A stretch of 64,000 bases of DNA from Deltaproteobacteria bacterium (GCA_020632715.1 JACKFA010000007.1:14462-78461); one strand, 5' to 3'. Counted from the stretch's first letter, positions 53,033 through 63,367 are shown. Made by a program: numbers and translations. Notes: a model not told the origin generated them from the letters alone.

Positions 53033-55006
53033 TCAAGGCCCGGTGGCGAGGGAGCACGCGAGCTCCGCGAGCCAGAGCGCTTCGGTGACCGCCGCGACGC
53101 CGGCCGCGAGCGCGCGACGGTACGTGGCGAACGAGAGGCCGAGCTCCGCCGCCGCGGCGAGCTGCTTTGGAGCCGGGGTCACGTAGGTGCGGTGCATCAC
53201 GCCGCGCACGCGCTCGTCTGCGGCGGTGACCTCGGCGATGGTGTCCTCGAGCAGCGCGCGCAGCGCGGCGCCGATCGCCTCCGAGGGCGTCGCCACCAGC
53301 TCCCGCAGGGTGACGGCGCGCACGGCGACCGGCGTCCGCGCGAGCCGGGTCCCGGCGAGGCGCTGTGGGTCGCTCATGACGCGCAGCGCGTCGCGCACGG
53401 CGAGCGTGAACTCGTCGCGATCGAGCGCCTCGATCGCGGGCGGGAGCGCCATCGCGACCGGGAAGAGCTGCGCGTGGAACCACCCCGCGATGTCGCGGAC
53501 CCGCAGGTCCTGGAGGACGACGTAGAAGTCCATGTCACCGACGCGGACCACCTCGAACAGGCCGAGCCCCTGGGTGTGCTCGATCATGGGCCGCCACAGC
53601 TCGACCGGCCCCACGGTCGAGCAGATGCCCGCGAGCCCGCCGCGCCCGAGCCCCATGGCGAGGGCCATCATCATGATGCGCATGTTGCCGGCCGCCGACG
53701 CGAAGCCCTCGCGCGCGCTGACGGCGAGCCGCGAGAACATGAGGCTCGCCTCGGGTCGGTAGCCGAGCCGGGCCACGAGCGCGCGCGCGGCGGCGACGAC
53801 CGGGTCGTCGACCGGGGTGTCCTCGAAGAGGAGCGCCGTGTCGAGGACGCACGCGACCTCGCTCGGCTCGCCGTCCTCGCCCTCGAGGACGTGCACGGTC
53901 GCGCGCCCTCGCTCGATCCACGCGGCCGCGTGCTCGAGGTTCTCGCGCGAGACCACCTCGGAGAGCAGGCCTCGAAACGCCGCGACGTCCTCGAGGACGC
54001 GCTGCGGCCCGGGTACGATGGCGCCGCGGTGCGCGGCGATGCGGCAATAGACCGGGTGGTCTATCAGGAGGTGACCCGCGTCGGGGAGCGCCGGCGCCCC
54101 GTGCTCGCGGAGCCGCGCGACCACGCGCTCGGCCACCGCCGCGAAGAGGCGCTCGTAGCGGGCGCGGTCGCGCCACTTCGCGTCGGCCCGGAGGGCGTCG
54201 CGGATGAGGTCGTGCGGGTAGACCCCGTCCCGGTCACGGTGGGCCCAGCCCTGCTCGACCATGGCGGACAGCGCGGCGGAGAGCCGCTCCGGCGGGACCT
54301 TCGGGAACAGTTCCCAGAGGAGCGCGTCGGTCGTGCGCCGCGCGATGCTGCAGACGGTGTTGACGTCCCGCGTCAGCGCGGCGTCGCGCGCGAGCCCTGC
54401 GCTCGTGACGAGCGCGACCACGAGCTCCGGGGAGGCGTCGAGGCCATCGTTCACGAAGGCGTCGAGGTCGGTGACGCGCGAGGCGAGGACCAACGCGAGC
54501 GGGTGACCGTGGCAGAGCTCGGAGACGACGTCGTGCGCGACCTCGGGCACCCCCCAGTGGCTCAGGAGCGCGGCCGCGGCTTCGGGGGACAGGCGGTCGA
54601 GGCCCAGGGCGAGGAAGCCGCCGGGGCCGAGCTCCGCGGCCCATCTCGGGTCCGGGGGCTCGCGTGACGCCACGATCAGCCGCGCGCCCGAAGGGAGGCG
54701 CGGGAGGACCTGGCGCCGGATGAGCTCGGAGAGGCCGGGGCGCTGCTCGAGCCCGTCGATGACGGTGAGCTCGGCGGCCCGCACGCGGGCGACCAGCTCG
54801 CTGAGATCCGACGGCAGCGCCGTGCTGTCGACCTCGTCGGTGGCGAGCGTGGGGTGCGCGGCGAGGAACGCGCGGACGAGCGTCGACTTCCCGATGCCGC
54901 CCACGCCCCAGACGTAGGCGACGCGCGGGCCGGCGCCGTCGAGGACCGGCAGGAGCGCGTCGAGCTCGGCCTCGCGGCCGAACAGGTGGGGGGGGATCGC
55001 TACCAT
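53033..55006 (-). CDS. STAND-type P-loop NTPase (NB-ARC-like) with a C-terminal HTH-like segment; putative signal-transducing regulator
   Basis: Walker A ..VWGVGGIGKSTLVRAF.., Walker B-like ..RLIVASRE.. and a GxP motif ..CHGHPLALVLA... C-terminal ..LGLSFATYRRALAAGV.. is HTH-like. The MGRP start at 55069 is an alternative. Confidence 0.6.
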   Translation of the reverse strand: MVAIPPHLFGREAELDALLPVLDGAGPRVAYVWGVGGIGKSTLVRAFLAAHPTLATDEVDSTALPSDLSELVARVRAAELTVIDGLEQRPGLSELIRRQVLPRLPSGARLIVASREPPDPRWAAELGPGGFLALGLDRLSPEAAAALLSHWGVPEVAHDVVSELCHGHPLALVLASRVTDLDAFVNDGLDASPELVVALVTSAGLARDAALTRDVNTVCSIARRTTDALLWELFPKVPPERLSAALSAMVEQGWAHRDRDGVYPHDLIRDALRADAKWRDRARYERLFAAVAERVVARLREHGAPALPDAGHLLIDHPVYCRIAAHRGAIVPGPQRVLEDVAAFRGLLSEVVSRENLEHAAAWIERGRATVHVLEGEDGEPSEVACVLDTALLFEDTPVDDPVVAAARALVARLGYRPEASLMFSRLAVSAREGFASAAGNMRIMMMALAMGLGRGGLAGICSTVGPVELWRPMIEHTQGLGLFEVVRVGDMDFYVVLQDLRVRDIAGWFHAQLFPVAMALPPAIEALDRDEFTLAVRDALRVMSDPQRLAGTRLARTPVAVRAVTLRELVATPSEAIGAALRALLEDTIAEVTAADERVRGVMHRTYVTPAPKQLAAAAELGLSFATYRRALAAGVAAVTEALWLAELACSLATGP

Positions 55007-55087
55007 GACGGAATCGTCCGAACGATTAGCACGCGCGCGCCGACCGCGCCATTCGGTGGGCCGCCCCACCGGCGGCCGACACCTCGA

Positions 55088-56416
55088 TCAAGCGCTGCCG
55101 GCGGCGTCGGCGCGCGCGGGCACCTCGCGCCGCGGCTCGAGCCCGCCGGCGCCCTGCGCGCGGGCGGCGGCGGCGAGGAGCACGGGGATCGCCATGCGCA
55201 CGACGTCGAGGCTCGGATCGAGCTGCTTCCCGAGCCCCTCGGCCACCACGAGCGCGATGTTCACCACCGTGAACGACGGGTCGATGGTCACGCGGAAGCG
55301 CCGCAGGATGTTCATGACGCCGCCCACGATCTCGCTGATCTCGACCTCGCCGAGCGCGCGCCCGTGGAAGCGGTCGAAGTGCTCGACGAGCGCGCGCTCG
55401 TACGCGGCGTAGTCGATCTTCCCGACCGACGGCGCGTAGACGTAGAGGAGGCGCGCCACCTCGGCCCCGTCCTGCTGCCCGAGGGCGAGGAAGGTGGCCG
55501 TCCACGGGCGCATCATCGCGCGGTCGATCGTCGCGACGAGCCCGAGGTCGATGAAGATCACGCGCCCGTCGTCGGTGAGGATGATGTTGCCCGGGTGGAG
55601 GTCGGCGTGGACGAAGCCGTCGACGAAGACCATCTTGAGGATCGCCTCCGCGCCGAGGCGCGCGAGGCGCGCGCGGTCCCCGCCGACCTCGTCCGGCTGG
55701 CTCCCCTTCACCCCCTTCACGAGCTCCATCGCGAGCACGCGCGACGTCGTCAGCTCCGGGTAGAGGCGCGGCACGCCGAAGTCCGGGAACGCGGCGAACA
55801 TCTCGGCGAAGCGCAGGTTGTTCGCGGCCTCGACGCGGAAGTCGAGCTGCCCCTCGAGCGCGTCGGTGAAGCGCTTCACGGAGCCCGGCAGCGAGAGCGG
55901 CTTCAGGCTCGGGATCACGTGCAGCGCGCGCGCCCAGAAGCCGAGGATGGCGGCGTCGCCGCGGATCCGCCGGTCGACCCCGGGGCGCTGGATCTTGAGC
56001 GCGAGCTCCTCCCCCGTGTCGAGGACCGCGCGGTGCACCTGCGCGACCGAGGCCGCCGCGATGGGCGTCTCGTCGACGTGCGCGAGGCGCGCGCGGGCCG
56101 CGGGCGCGAGCTCGCGGTCGAGGACCGCCTGGATGGCCGGCCAGCGCTCGGGGGCGACCTGGTCCTGGAGGCGCGAGAGCGGCTCGATGTAGCCCGGGCC
56201 GAGGAGATCGGGGCGCGTCGAGAGGATCTGCCCGAACTTGATGAAGGTCGCGCCGAGCCGCTCGCAGGTGGTCGCCATGACCTGCCCGCGCAGCCGCTCC
56301 TTCGCGGCCGGCGCGAGGCGCCAGCGCACGGCCCGCCGCGCGCCGTACGAGACGAACGCCCAGAGCACGACCAGCGAGATCCAGATGGCGCGGGGGACGA
56401 GCCAGAGGCGGCGCAT
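55088..56416 (-). CDS. ABC1/UbiB-family atypical protein kinase
   Basis: ..IAAASVAQVHRAVL...LALKIQRPGV.. and ..FVHADLHPGNIIL..IDLG.. ATG overlaps the hisD stop (ATGA). Confidence 0.8.
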   Translation of the reverse strand: MRRLWLVPRAIWISLVVLWAFVSYGARRAVRWRLAPAAKERLRGQVMATTCERLGATFIKFGQILSTRPDLLGPGYIEPLSRLQDQVAPERWPAIQAVLDRELAPAARARLAHVDETPIAAASVAQVHRAVLDTGEELALKIQRPGVDRRIRGDAAILGFWARALHVIPSLKPLSLPGSVKRFTDALEGQLDFRVEAANNLRFAEMFAAFPDFGVPRLYPELTTSRVLAMELVKGVKGSQPDEVGGDRARLARLGAEAILKMVFVDGFVHADLHPGNIILTDDGRVIFIDLGLVATIDRAMMRPWTATFLALGQQDGAEVARLLYVYAPSVGKIDYAAYERALVEHFDRFHGRALGEVEISEIVGGVMNILRRFRVTIDPSFTVVNIALVVAEGLGKQLDPSLDVVRMAIPVLLAAAARAQGAGGLEPRREVPARADAAGSA

Positions 56417-57693
56417 CAGCTCTCCTCGACCCCCCGGTGGCGCGCGAGGGCCGCGCGCGCGTGCGCCTCGAGCCCCTCGTGGCGCGCGAGGTCGGCGGCG
56501 TCGGCGACGAGCCCCGCCGCGCCCGCGGCGTCGTCGATGGCGAGCCACGTGCGCACCCGCAGGAAGTCGAAGACCGAGAGGCCGCCCGAGAGGCGCGCCG
56601 TGCCGCCCGTCGGCAGCACGTGGTTCGGGCCGGCGCCGTAGTCGCCGAAGACCTCGGCCGCGCCGGCGCCGACGAAGAGCCCGCCATAGTGGCGGAGGCG
56701 CCCGGCGAGCGTGTCGGCGTTGGCGGTCATCACCTCGAGGTGCTCGGGCGCGAGCTGATCGCAGACGCGCACCGCCTCGTCGAGGTCGAGCGCCACGACG
56801 CAGAAGCCGTTCTCGACCGCCGCGCGCGCCGTCTCCGCCGTCGGGAGCGTCGCGAGCTGCCGCACGAGCGCGTCGTTCACGCGCTCGGCGAGGCCGGCGT
56901 CCGTCGTGACCAGCACGGGGACGGCGTCGGGATCGTGCTCCGCCTGGCCGAGGAGGTCGGCCGCGACGACGTCGGCGTCGGCCGTGTGGTCCGCGAGCAC
57001 GACGAGCTCCGAGGGGCCGGCGAGCATGTCGATGCGCACGCGGCCGCTGACGATCTGCTTCGCCGCGGTCACGTAGCGGTTGCCGGGGCCGACGATCACG
57101 TCGCACGCGGGCACCGGCCCCGCCCCGTACGCGAGCGCCGCGATGGCCTGCGCCCCGCCGCACGCGAGGAGCGCGTCGGCGCCGGCGACCGCGGCCGCCG
57201 CGAGCGTCATCGCGGTCGGCTTCGGCGACGCCACCCACACGAGCTCGACCCCCGCCGCGCGCGCCGTCACGGCCGTCATCAGGACCGACGACGGCAGCGG
57301 GAAGCGCCCGCCCGGCGCGTAGCAGCCCGCGCGCTCGACCGGCGCCACGGTGTGGCCCGCGCGCCCGCCGGGGATGGCGACGGTGACGTCGCCGAGGGCG
57401 CCGCGCTGCGCCTCGGCGAAGGCCCGGATCCGCGCCGCCGTGCGCTCGAGGAGCGCGCGATCCGCGGCCGGCAGCGCCGCGAGCGCCGCGTCGAGCTCGG
57501 GGCGCGCGATGACGAGCGGCGCGCCCTCGGCGATGTCCCCGAAGCGCTCGGCGTGGTAGCGGAGCGCGCTCTCGCCGCGCTCGGCGACGTCCGTCACGAT
57601 GGGGCGCGTGGCGTCGACCGTCGCGAGCGAGACGGGGTCGCGCCGGAGATCGGGCAGCGCCTTGGCGGACACGCGGCGGAGGACGGTCGTCAC
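56416..57693 (-). CDS. hisD: Histidinol dehydrogenase
   Basis: ..GGAQAIAALAYG.., ..IVGPGNRYVTAAK.., ..MLAGPSELVVLAD.. and ..LLGQAEHDPD... GTG start overlaps the hisA::IE stop. The upstream 370 codons of the tracked ORF are rejected. Confidence 0.85.
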   Translation of the reverse strand: MTTVLRRVSAKALPDLRRDPVSLATVDATRPIVTDVAERGESALRYHAERFGDIAEGAPLVIARPELDAALAALPAADRALLERTAARIRAFAEAQRGALGDVTVAIPGGRAGHTVAPVERAGCYAPGGRFPLPSSVLMTAVTARAAGVELVWVASPKPTAMTLAAAAVAGADALLACGGAQAIAALAYGAGPVPACDVIVGPGNRYVTAAKQIVSGRVRIDMLAGPSELVVLADHTADADVVAADLLGQAEHDPDAVPVLVTTDAGLAERVNDALVRQLATLPTAETARAAVENGFCVVALDLDEAVRVCDQLAPEHLEVMTANADTLAGRLRHYGGLFVGAGAAEVFGDYGAGPNHVLPTGGTARLSGGLSVFDFLRVRTWLAIDDAAGAAGLVADAADLARHEGLEAHARAALARHRGVEES

Positions 57694-59012
57694 GGCGCGT
57701 CCTCCTCGGAGCCGGACTCCGAGGCGGGCGAGGACGCAGGCGCCGCCTCGGCCTCGGGCTTGGCGTCCCCCTTCCGCCGCGTGATCGCCAGCGCCCGCCG
57801 GTCGAGCTCGGCCTCCACGCGCGCGAGCGACACCCCGGCCCGCGTCGCCGCGACGAGCGCGAAGTAGAGCACGTCGGCCGTCTCCCAGGCGACGTCGTCC
57901 TGCCCCTGCGCGGCCGCGAGCTCGCCGGCCTCCTCGAGGAGCTTCTTCCGGAGGAGCTCCGGGTCCTGGAAGAGGCGCCGCGTGTAGCTCCCGTCGGGGG
58001 CCTGCTGCGCGCGCTCGGCGAGCTTCCGCGCGAGCCCGGCGACGCCCTGGTCGGCGCCCCAGCAGGTCCAGGTGCCCTCGTGGCAGAAGCCGGAGCCGTC
58101 CTGGCGCACGGTGAAGCGGAGCGCGTCGCGGTCGCAGTCGAGGTCGATGGCGAGCAGCTCCTGCACGGCGCCCGACGACTCCCCCTTCACCCATAGGCTC
58201 TGCCGCGAGCGCGACCAGTAGACGCCGCGCCGCGTGCGCACGGCCTCGCGCACGCTCTCGGCGCTCGAGTACACGAGCCCGAGCGCGCGCCCCTGCTCGT
58301 CGACGACGACCGTCGGCCAGAGGCCGTCCGCGCGGTCCGTGCGGAGCGGGGCGGCGATGGCGTCGCCGAGGTCCATGCGGCCGCTGTAGAGGGCCATCCC
58401 GACCTGCGCGTCGGCGCCGAGCCGGTCGAGCTGCGCGATGTCCTCGGGCGTCGTCACGCCGCCCGCGATCGTCACGCGCGCGCTCCCGGCGGCCGCGACG
58501 AGGTCCTTCACCTGGTCCATGTTCGTGCCGCCGAGGCGCCCCTCGCGCTCGACGAACGTGACGAGGTAGCCGCCGACGAGCCCGTCGAGCTCGCGCATGC
58601 GCTCGTGGATCCCGCGCCCCGTGCGGCGCTGCCAGCCCTCGACCACGACCTCGCCGTCGCGCGCGTCGAGCGCCGCGATGACGCGGTCCTTCGGGAGCTG
58701 CGAGAGGATCTCCGGGGTCGCCGCGGTGCCGAGGATGACCTTCCGCGCGCCCGCGTCGAGCCAGCGGAGCGCCGTCTCGGCGTCGCGGATCCCGCCGCCC
58801 ACGCGGCACGGCGCCTCGCGCACGAGCCGCTCGATCGTCGCGCGGTTCGAGCCCTTGCCCATGGCGGCGTCGAGGTCGATGACCGCGATCTCCCCGGCGA
58901 GGCGGAAGCGGCGCGCGATGGGGACCGGGTCGCCCGCGTCGATGGCGAGGCGCTCGCCGCCGACGAGCTGCACGGCGGCGCCCCCCTGGAGGTCGATGCT
59001 CGGGACGATCAC
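57690..59012 (-). CDS. hisA: Fused HisA (ProFAR isomerase), HisI (PR-AMP cyclohydrolase) and HisE (PR-ATP pyrophosphatase)
   Basis: N-terminus ..VIVPSIDLQGGAAVQLVGGE.. (HisA). Middle ..YWSRSRQSLWVKGESSGAVQELL..DCDRDALRFTV.. (HisI). C-terminal ..LLEEAGELAAA...DVLYFALVAA.. (HisE). One uninterrupted frame. GTG start overlaps the hisF stop. Confidence 0.75.
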   Translation of the reverse strand: MIVPSIDLQGGAAVQLVGGERLAIDAGDPVPIARRFRLAGEIAVIDLDAAMGKGSNRATIERLVREAPCRVGGGIRDAETALRWLDAGARKVILGTAATPEILSQLPKDRVIAALDARDGEVVVEGWQRRTGRGIHERMRELDGLVGGYLVTFVEREGRLGGTNMDQVKDLVAAAGSARVTIAGGVTTPEDIAQLDRLGADAQVGMALYSGRMDLGDAIAAPLRTDRADGLWPTVVVDEQGRALGLVYSSAESVREAVRTRRGVYWSRSRQSLWVKGESSGAVQELLAIDLDCDRDALRFTVRQDGSGFCHEGTWTCWGADQGVAGLARKLAERAQQAPDGSYTRRLFQDPELLRKKLLEEAGELAAAQGQDDVAWETADVLYFALVAATRAGVSLARVEAELDRRALAITRRKGDAKPEAEAAPASSPASESGSEEDAP

Positions 59013-59770
59013 GGGCGCACCTCGAAGCCGGCCTCCGCGATGGCCTCCTTCACGGAGGCGATGTCGTGGACGCCGTCGTGGAAGATCGACGCCGCGAGGA
59101 CCGCGCTCGCGCCGGCCTCGAGCGCCTCGACGAGGTGCTCCGGCCCGGCGGCACCGCCCGACGCGATGACCGGGATCCGGACGGCCGAGCACACGGCGCG
59201 CAGGAGCTCGAGGTCGTAGCCCTCGCCGGTGCCGTCCTTGTCCCACGAGGTCAGGAGGAGCTCGCCCGCGCCGCGCTTCTCGCACTCGCGCGCCCACGCG
59301 ATGGCGTCGATCCCCGTGCGCTCCTTGCCCGAGCTCACGACGACCTCCCAGCCCTTCTTCCCGTCGTGGCGCCGCGCCGCGTCCACCGCGACGACCGTGC
59401 ACTGGCTCCCGAACTCCTCGGCGAGCCGCGTCACGAGCGACGGGTCGCGCACGGCCGCCGTGTTCACGCCGACCTTGTCCGCGCCTGCGTCGAGGAGGGC
59501 CTGCGCGTCGGCGAGCGTGCGCACGCCGCCGCCCACGGTCAGCGGCACCGCGAGGACCTCGCGCACGCGCCGCACCGTCTCGAGCGCGTTCCCGCGCCCC
59601 TCGGGGGTCGCCGAGACGTCGAGCAGCACGAGCTCGTCGGCGCCCGTCTCGGCGTAGTGGCGCGCGCGCTCGGCGGGGTCGCCGGCGTCGCGGAGGCCCT
59701 GGAACTTCACGCCCTTGACGATGCGCCCGTCGCGCGTGTCGAGGCAGGGGATGACGCGGTGCGTGAGCAT
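59009..59770 (-). CDS. hisF: Imidazole glycerol phosphate synthase cyclase subunit
   Basis: MLTHRVIPCLDTRDGRIVKGVKF...ADELVLLDVSA... and ..VIASGGAG.. Confidence 0.9.
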   Translation of the reverse strand: MLTHRVIPCLDTRDGRIVKGVKFQGLRDAGDPAERARHYAETGADELVLLDVSATPEGRGNALETVRRVREVLAVPLTVGGGVRTLADAQALLDAGADKVGVNTAAVRDPSLVTRLAEEFGSQCTVVAVDAARRHDGKKGWEVVVSSGKERTGIDAIAWARECEKRGAGELLLTSWDKDGTGEGYDLELLRAVCSAVRIPVIASGGAAGPEHLVEALEAGASAVLAASIFHDGVHDIASVKEAIAEAGFEVRP

Positions 59771-60393
59771 CAGGTGGTCTCCTCGGCCGCGCGCGCGAGC
59801 CAGCGCACGAGCAGCTCGTTCCCCCAGGGCCCCGAGAGCTCGGGGTGGAACTGGCACGCGAGGAGCGCGCCCTTCTCCATGGCCGCGACGAAGACGCCGC
59901 CGTGGTCGGCCGACGCCGCGAGCCAGCCGGCGGGCGGGCGGTCGAGGCGGTAGCTGTTCGCGAAGTAGGCGAAGCCGGGGCGCAAAAAGCGCATGCCAGG
60001 GGTCGGGGTCACGCGGTTCCAACCGAGCTGCGGGACCTTCACCTTCCCGGAGAAGCGGCTCGCCTTCGCCTCCACGATCCCGAGGCCCGCGACGCCCGGC
60101 GTCTCCGCGCTCTCGGCGCCGAGGAGCTGGAGCCCGAGGCACACCGAGAGCAGCGGGCGCCCGGCGGCAGCGCGGGCGCGCAGCGGCTCGACGAGGCCGT
60201 GCTCGGTGAGCGCGCGCATGCCGGCCCCGAAGGCGCCGACCCCCGGGAGGACCACGGCGGGAGCGCGCTCGACGTCGGCCGGGTCGACCGTCACGAAGGG
60301 CGCGGCGCCCGCGCGGCGGAGCCCGGCGAGGACCGACGCGAGGTTCGCGACGCCCGTGCGGAGCACGGCCACCGGCAGCGGCGCGGCGGCCAC
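59770..60393 (-). CDS. hisH: Imidazole glycerol phosphate synthase glutamine amidotransferase subunit
   Basis: ..VVLPGVGAFG.., ..LLSVCLGLQLL.. (catalytic Cys) and ..QFHPE... GTG start. Confidence 0.85.
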   Translation of the reverse strand: MAAAPLPVAVLRTGVANLASVLAGLRRAGAAPFVTVDPADVERAPAVVLPGVGAFGAGMRALTEHGLVEPLRARAAAGRPLLSVCLGLQLLGAESAETPGVAGLGIVEAKASRFSGKVKVPQLGWNRVTPTPGMRFLRPGFAYFANSYRLDRPPAGWLAASADHGGVFVAAMEKGALLACQFHPELSGPWGNELLVRWLARAAEETT

Positions 60394-60995
60394 TAGAGGA
60401 CCCCCTTGGTCGAGGCGACGTCGTCGCGGTGATCGGGGTCGAGCGCGACCGCGTGGCGGAGCGCCACCGCGACCGCCTTGAAGGCGGCCTCGGCGCGGTG
60501 GTGGTCGTTCTCGCCCTTCAGCACGTCGACGTGGAGCGTCGTGCGCGAGGCGAAGGCGAGGGAGGCGAGCACGTGGCCGATGTTCTCGCAGGCGAGCCCG
60601 CCGAGGGCCTCACGCCGGAGGTCGAGGGCGATGACGGCGTAGGGGCGGCCGGAGAGATCGACCACGGCGCGCGCGAGGGCCTCGTCGAGGGGCGCGTAGG
60701 CGTGGCCGAAGCGGAAGACGCCGCGGCGGTCGCCGAGGGCCGAGTCCAGCGCCTGCCCGAGGGCGAGGGCGCAGTCCTCGGCGGTGTGGTGGTCGTCGAT
60801 GTGGAGGTCGCCCGCGCAGCGCAGCGTGAGGTCGAAGCGAGCGTGCTTCGCGAGCGCGGTCAGCAGGTGGTCGAGGAAGCCGATCCCCGTCTGGACGTCG
60901 GCCTCGCCGCGCCCGTCGAGCACGAGGCCCACGGTGATGTCGGTCTCCTTCGTCTTCCGGGCGACGTCGGCCCTCCGGGGAGCGGCGGCGGTCAC
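60393..60995 (-). CDS. hisB: Imidazoleglycerol-phosphate dehydratase (monofunctional, 200 aa)
   Basis: ..[12 protein letters not shown].., ..[13 protein letters not shown].. and ..[14 protein letters not shown]... GTG start overlaps the hisC stop. Confidence 0.85.
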   Translation of the reverse strand: MTAAAPRRADVARKTKETDITVGLVLDGRGEADVQTGIGFLDHLLTALAKHARFDLTLRCAGDLHIDDHHTAEDCALALGQALDSALGDRRGVFRFGHAYAPLDEALARAVVDLSGRPYAVIALDLRREALGGLACENIGHVLASLAFASRTTLHVDVLKGENDHHRAEAAFKAVAVALRHAVALDPDHRDDVASTKGVL

Positions 60996-62281
60996 GGGAG
61001 CACCTCCTCGAGCGCGTCGGGGTGGGGGACGACCCGCGCGGACGCGGACTGGAGCGCCGCAGGCGCGCTCTCCGGGGCGGGGTCGAGGGCGATCGGCACG
61101 GCGCCCATCGCGCGCGCCGCGGCGAGCGCGGCCGGGTCGGCCGAGAAGAACCAGGCGGCGGCGCCGTCGACGGCCTCGAGCGCGAAGAGGTCGTCGACGA
61201 TGAGCGCGGTCGGCGCGAGCGCGGCGCGGACGGCGCGCAGCACGCGGTCGAGGGCGGCGGCGTCCCCGGGGCACGTGACGCGCACGGCGTCCTCGAGGTG
61301 CGGCTCGCCCGGGAAGGCGCGCACGCCGATGCCGAGGGCGGCGAGGGCGTCGCGCAGCCAGAGCGCGCGCGCGGGCGCGCGGAAGCGCGCGAGCACGAAG
61401 TTGCCCTGCGACTCGGGGCAGTCGACGCCGAGGTCGACGAGGAGCCCGCGGAGCGCCCCGCGCTCGGCGCGAACGCGGTCGCAGTAGCGCGCCATCTGCG
61501 GCTCGCCGCTCGCGAGGTGGGCCAGCGCGAGCGCGGCGGAGGGCGCCGACACGCTGTACGGGTTCCCGGCCGCGCGCAGCACGGCGACGAGGGGCTCGGG
61601 GCCGACGACGTAGCCCACGCGCGCGCCGGCGAGCCCCCACGCCTTCGAGAGCGTGCGGAACACGAGGGCATTGTCGAGCTCGAGCGCGACCGCGGTGAGG
61701 TCCTCGTCGGCGAACTCGGCGTAGGCGAGGTCGCAGAGGATCGCGGCGCCCGGGGCGGCGGCGGCGAGCTCGCGGAGCGCCGCGCCCGTGATGACGGCGC
61801 CCGTCGGGTTGTTCGGGCTCACGACGGCGACGGCGCCGGTGTCCGGGCCGATCGCGGCGAGCGCCGCGTCGAGCGGCCACGGGCCGCCGGGCCAGGGGAT
61901 GGTCCGCACGGTCGCGCCCGCGAGGCGCGCGTAGCGCTCGAGCATGACGAAGGTCGGCACGGGCAGCACGACCTCGCGCCCGGGCCACAGGAAGGCGCGG
62001 AAGGCGCGGTCGAGCGCGTCGTCGCCGCCGGCGGTGACGAGCACGCGGGTGGGGGCGACGCCGAGCCGCTCGGCGAGCGCGGCCTCGACGGCGGCGGTGC
62101 CGGCCGGGTAGCGCTGCAGGAGCTCGGGGCCCCGCGCGGCGAGCGCGTCGTAGAGCGCCGCGGGCGGCGGCGGGCCCTCGTTCGCGTGGAGCCACAGGTC
62201 GATGGGCGCCGGGTGGCGGGGGACCTTGTAGGGCCGCTCGCCGCGGAGCGCCGGGGCCGGCGTGGGGCCCGTCGTCGTCAC
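60992..62281 (-). CDS. hisC: Histidinol-phosphate aminotransferase with an extra C-terminal extension of about 75 aa
   Basis: ..[11 protein letters not shown].., ..VVSPNNPTG.. and ..[17 protein letters not shown].. (PLP lysine). GTG start at 62281 overlaps the hisG stop. Confidence 0.8.
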   Translation of the reverse strand: MTTTGPTPAPALRGERPYKVPRHPAPIDLWLHANEGPPPPAALYDALAARGPELLQRYPAGTAAVEAALAERLGVAPTRVLVTAGGDDALDRAFRAFLWPGREVVLPVPTFVMLERYARLAGATVRTIPWPGGPWPLDAALAAIGPDTGAVAVVSPNNPTGAVITGAALRELAAAAPGAAILCDLAYAEFADEDLTAVALELDNALVFRTLSKAWGLAGARVGYVVGPEPLVAVLRAAGNPYSVSAPSAALALAHLASGEPQMARYCDRVRAERGALRGLLVDLGVDCPESQGNFVLARFRAPARALWLRDALAALGIGVRAFPGEPHLEDAVRVTCPGDAAALDRVLRAVRAALAPTALIVDDLFALEAVDGAAAWFFSADPAALAAARAMGAVPIALDPAPESAPAALQSASARVVPHPDALEEVLP

Positions 62282-63141
62282 GGCACGATCTGGGCGAGCG
62301 TCGACACGACGATGTCGCTCCCGCCGCACGCCTTGAGCTCGGGGATGAGGGTCGGCAGCGCCTTCCGCGGGACGGCCGCCTTCACGGCGTAGGCGTTCTC
62401 GGCGTGGAGCGGCGAGATGGTCGGGTGGCGCATGCAGGGGAGGGCGGCGCAGAGGCGCTCGAGGTCGGCGGCGCCGACGTTCACCTCGAGCATGACGCGC
62501 TGCCGCGCGTCGAGGACCGAGCGCACGAGGAGCACGAGGTGGTCGATGCGATCGCGCTTCTCGGGGTCGTCGAGGGCACGCGGCGACGCGAAGAGGCGCG
62601 TGGAGCTCGTCATGACGACGTCGACGACCGACAGGCCGTTCGCGCGGAGCGTGGAGCCGGTGGCGCTGTTGTCGACGATGACGTCGGCGTCCTCGGGCGG
62701 GAAGACCTCGGTCGCGCCGTAGCTCCTGACGACCGTGGCGTCGACGCCGCTCGCGGCGATCCAGCCGGCCGTGAGGCGGGCGTACTCCGAGGCGACGACC
62801 AGGTGGCGCGCGGGGAGCTTCCCGGCCTCGAGGAGGGCCGTGGGGGCGGCGACCACGATCTGCACGGGGTCGAGGGCGGTGTCGAGGAGCTCGACGAGGT
62901 CGGCGTCGAGCTCGGCGACCCAGTCGGCGCCGGCGAAGCCGACGTCGCGCGAGCCGAGGTGCAGCATCTCGACGATGTTCTGCGGCTTCAGGATCTTCGT
63001 CTCGAAGCCCGGGAGCGAGACCTGCGGGCGGTAGCCGCGCTCGTCGACGGTCACGCGGATCCCGGCGTCGTGCAGGAGCTGCATGACCGAGGCCTGCATG
63101 CGCCCCTTCGGGAGGGCGAGGCGGAGGGAGGAGGCGGTCAT
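62278..63141 (-). CDS. hisG: ATP phosphoribosyltransferase (long form)
   Basis: [16 protein letters not shown].., ..[15 protein letters not shown].., and a C-terminal regulatory domain. The upstream 152 codons of the tracked ORF are rejected. Confidence 0.85.
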   Translation of the reverse strand: MTASSLRLALPKGRMQASVMQLLHDAGIRVTVDERGYRPQVSLPGFETKILKPQNIVEMLHLGSRDVGFAGADWVAELDADLVELLDTALDPVQIVVAAPTALLEAGKLPARHLVVASEYARLTAGWIAASGVDATVVRSYGATEVFPPEDADVIVDNSATGSTLRANGLSVVDVVMTSSTRLFASPRALDDPEKRDRIDHLVLLVRSVLDARQRVMLEVNVGAADLERLCAALPCMRHPTISPLHAENAYAVKAAVPRKALPTLIPELKACGGSDIVVSTLAQIVP

Positions 63142-63367
63142 CGGGCGGGCTCCGTTCGGGCGGCTCCGTGGGTGGCTCCGGAGGGGGCCGGCGCCGTCGT
63201 CGGCGCGCGAGGCGAAGCCCGATTTGTAGTTTAGAAGCGGCGCGAATCCAAGCTCGTAGACGGCTCGGGGCCGCGGCTGCGGCTTGCCAACGCCGCGGCG
63301 GTCCCTAGAATGACGAGCGTTCGACCAACTCGAACCGCGACACTCCCTTGCCGACGTTGGAGGCGAC

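Noticed and set aside
53192-56687. ORFs 53192..54667 +, 53535..54176 -, 54854..56641 + and 55026..56687 -
   Set aside because: Antisense or alternate frames of the STAND NTPase and ABC1 kinase genes.
56416-62195. Long N-terminal extensions of the tracked hisD (to 58809), hisA (to 59402), hisF (to 60142) and hisB (to 62195) ORFs
   Set aside because: The extensions read through the upstream gene in another frame. The real starts are the ATG or GTG codons overlapping the upstream stop, which fit family lengths.
63142-63367. his attenuator or leader peptide upstream of hisG
   Set aside because: No run of His codons or alternative hairpins was found on the minus strand. Only an AT-richer patch (GATTTGTAGTTTAGAAG) consistent with a plain promoter.
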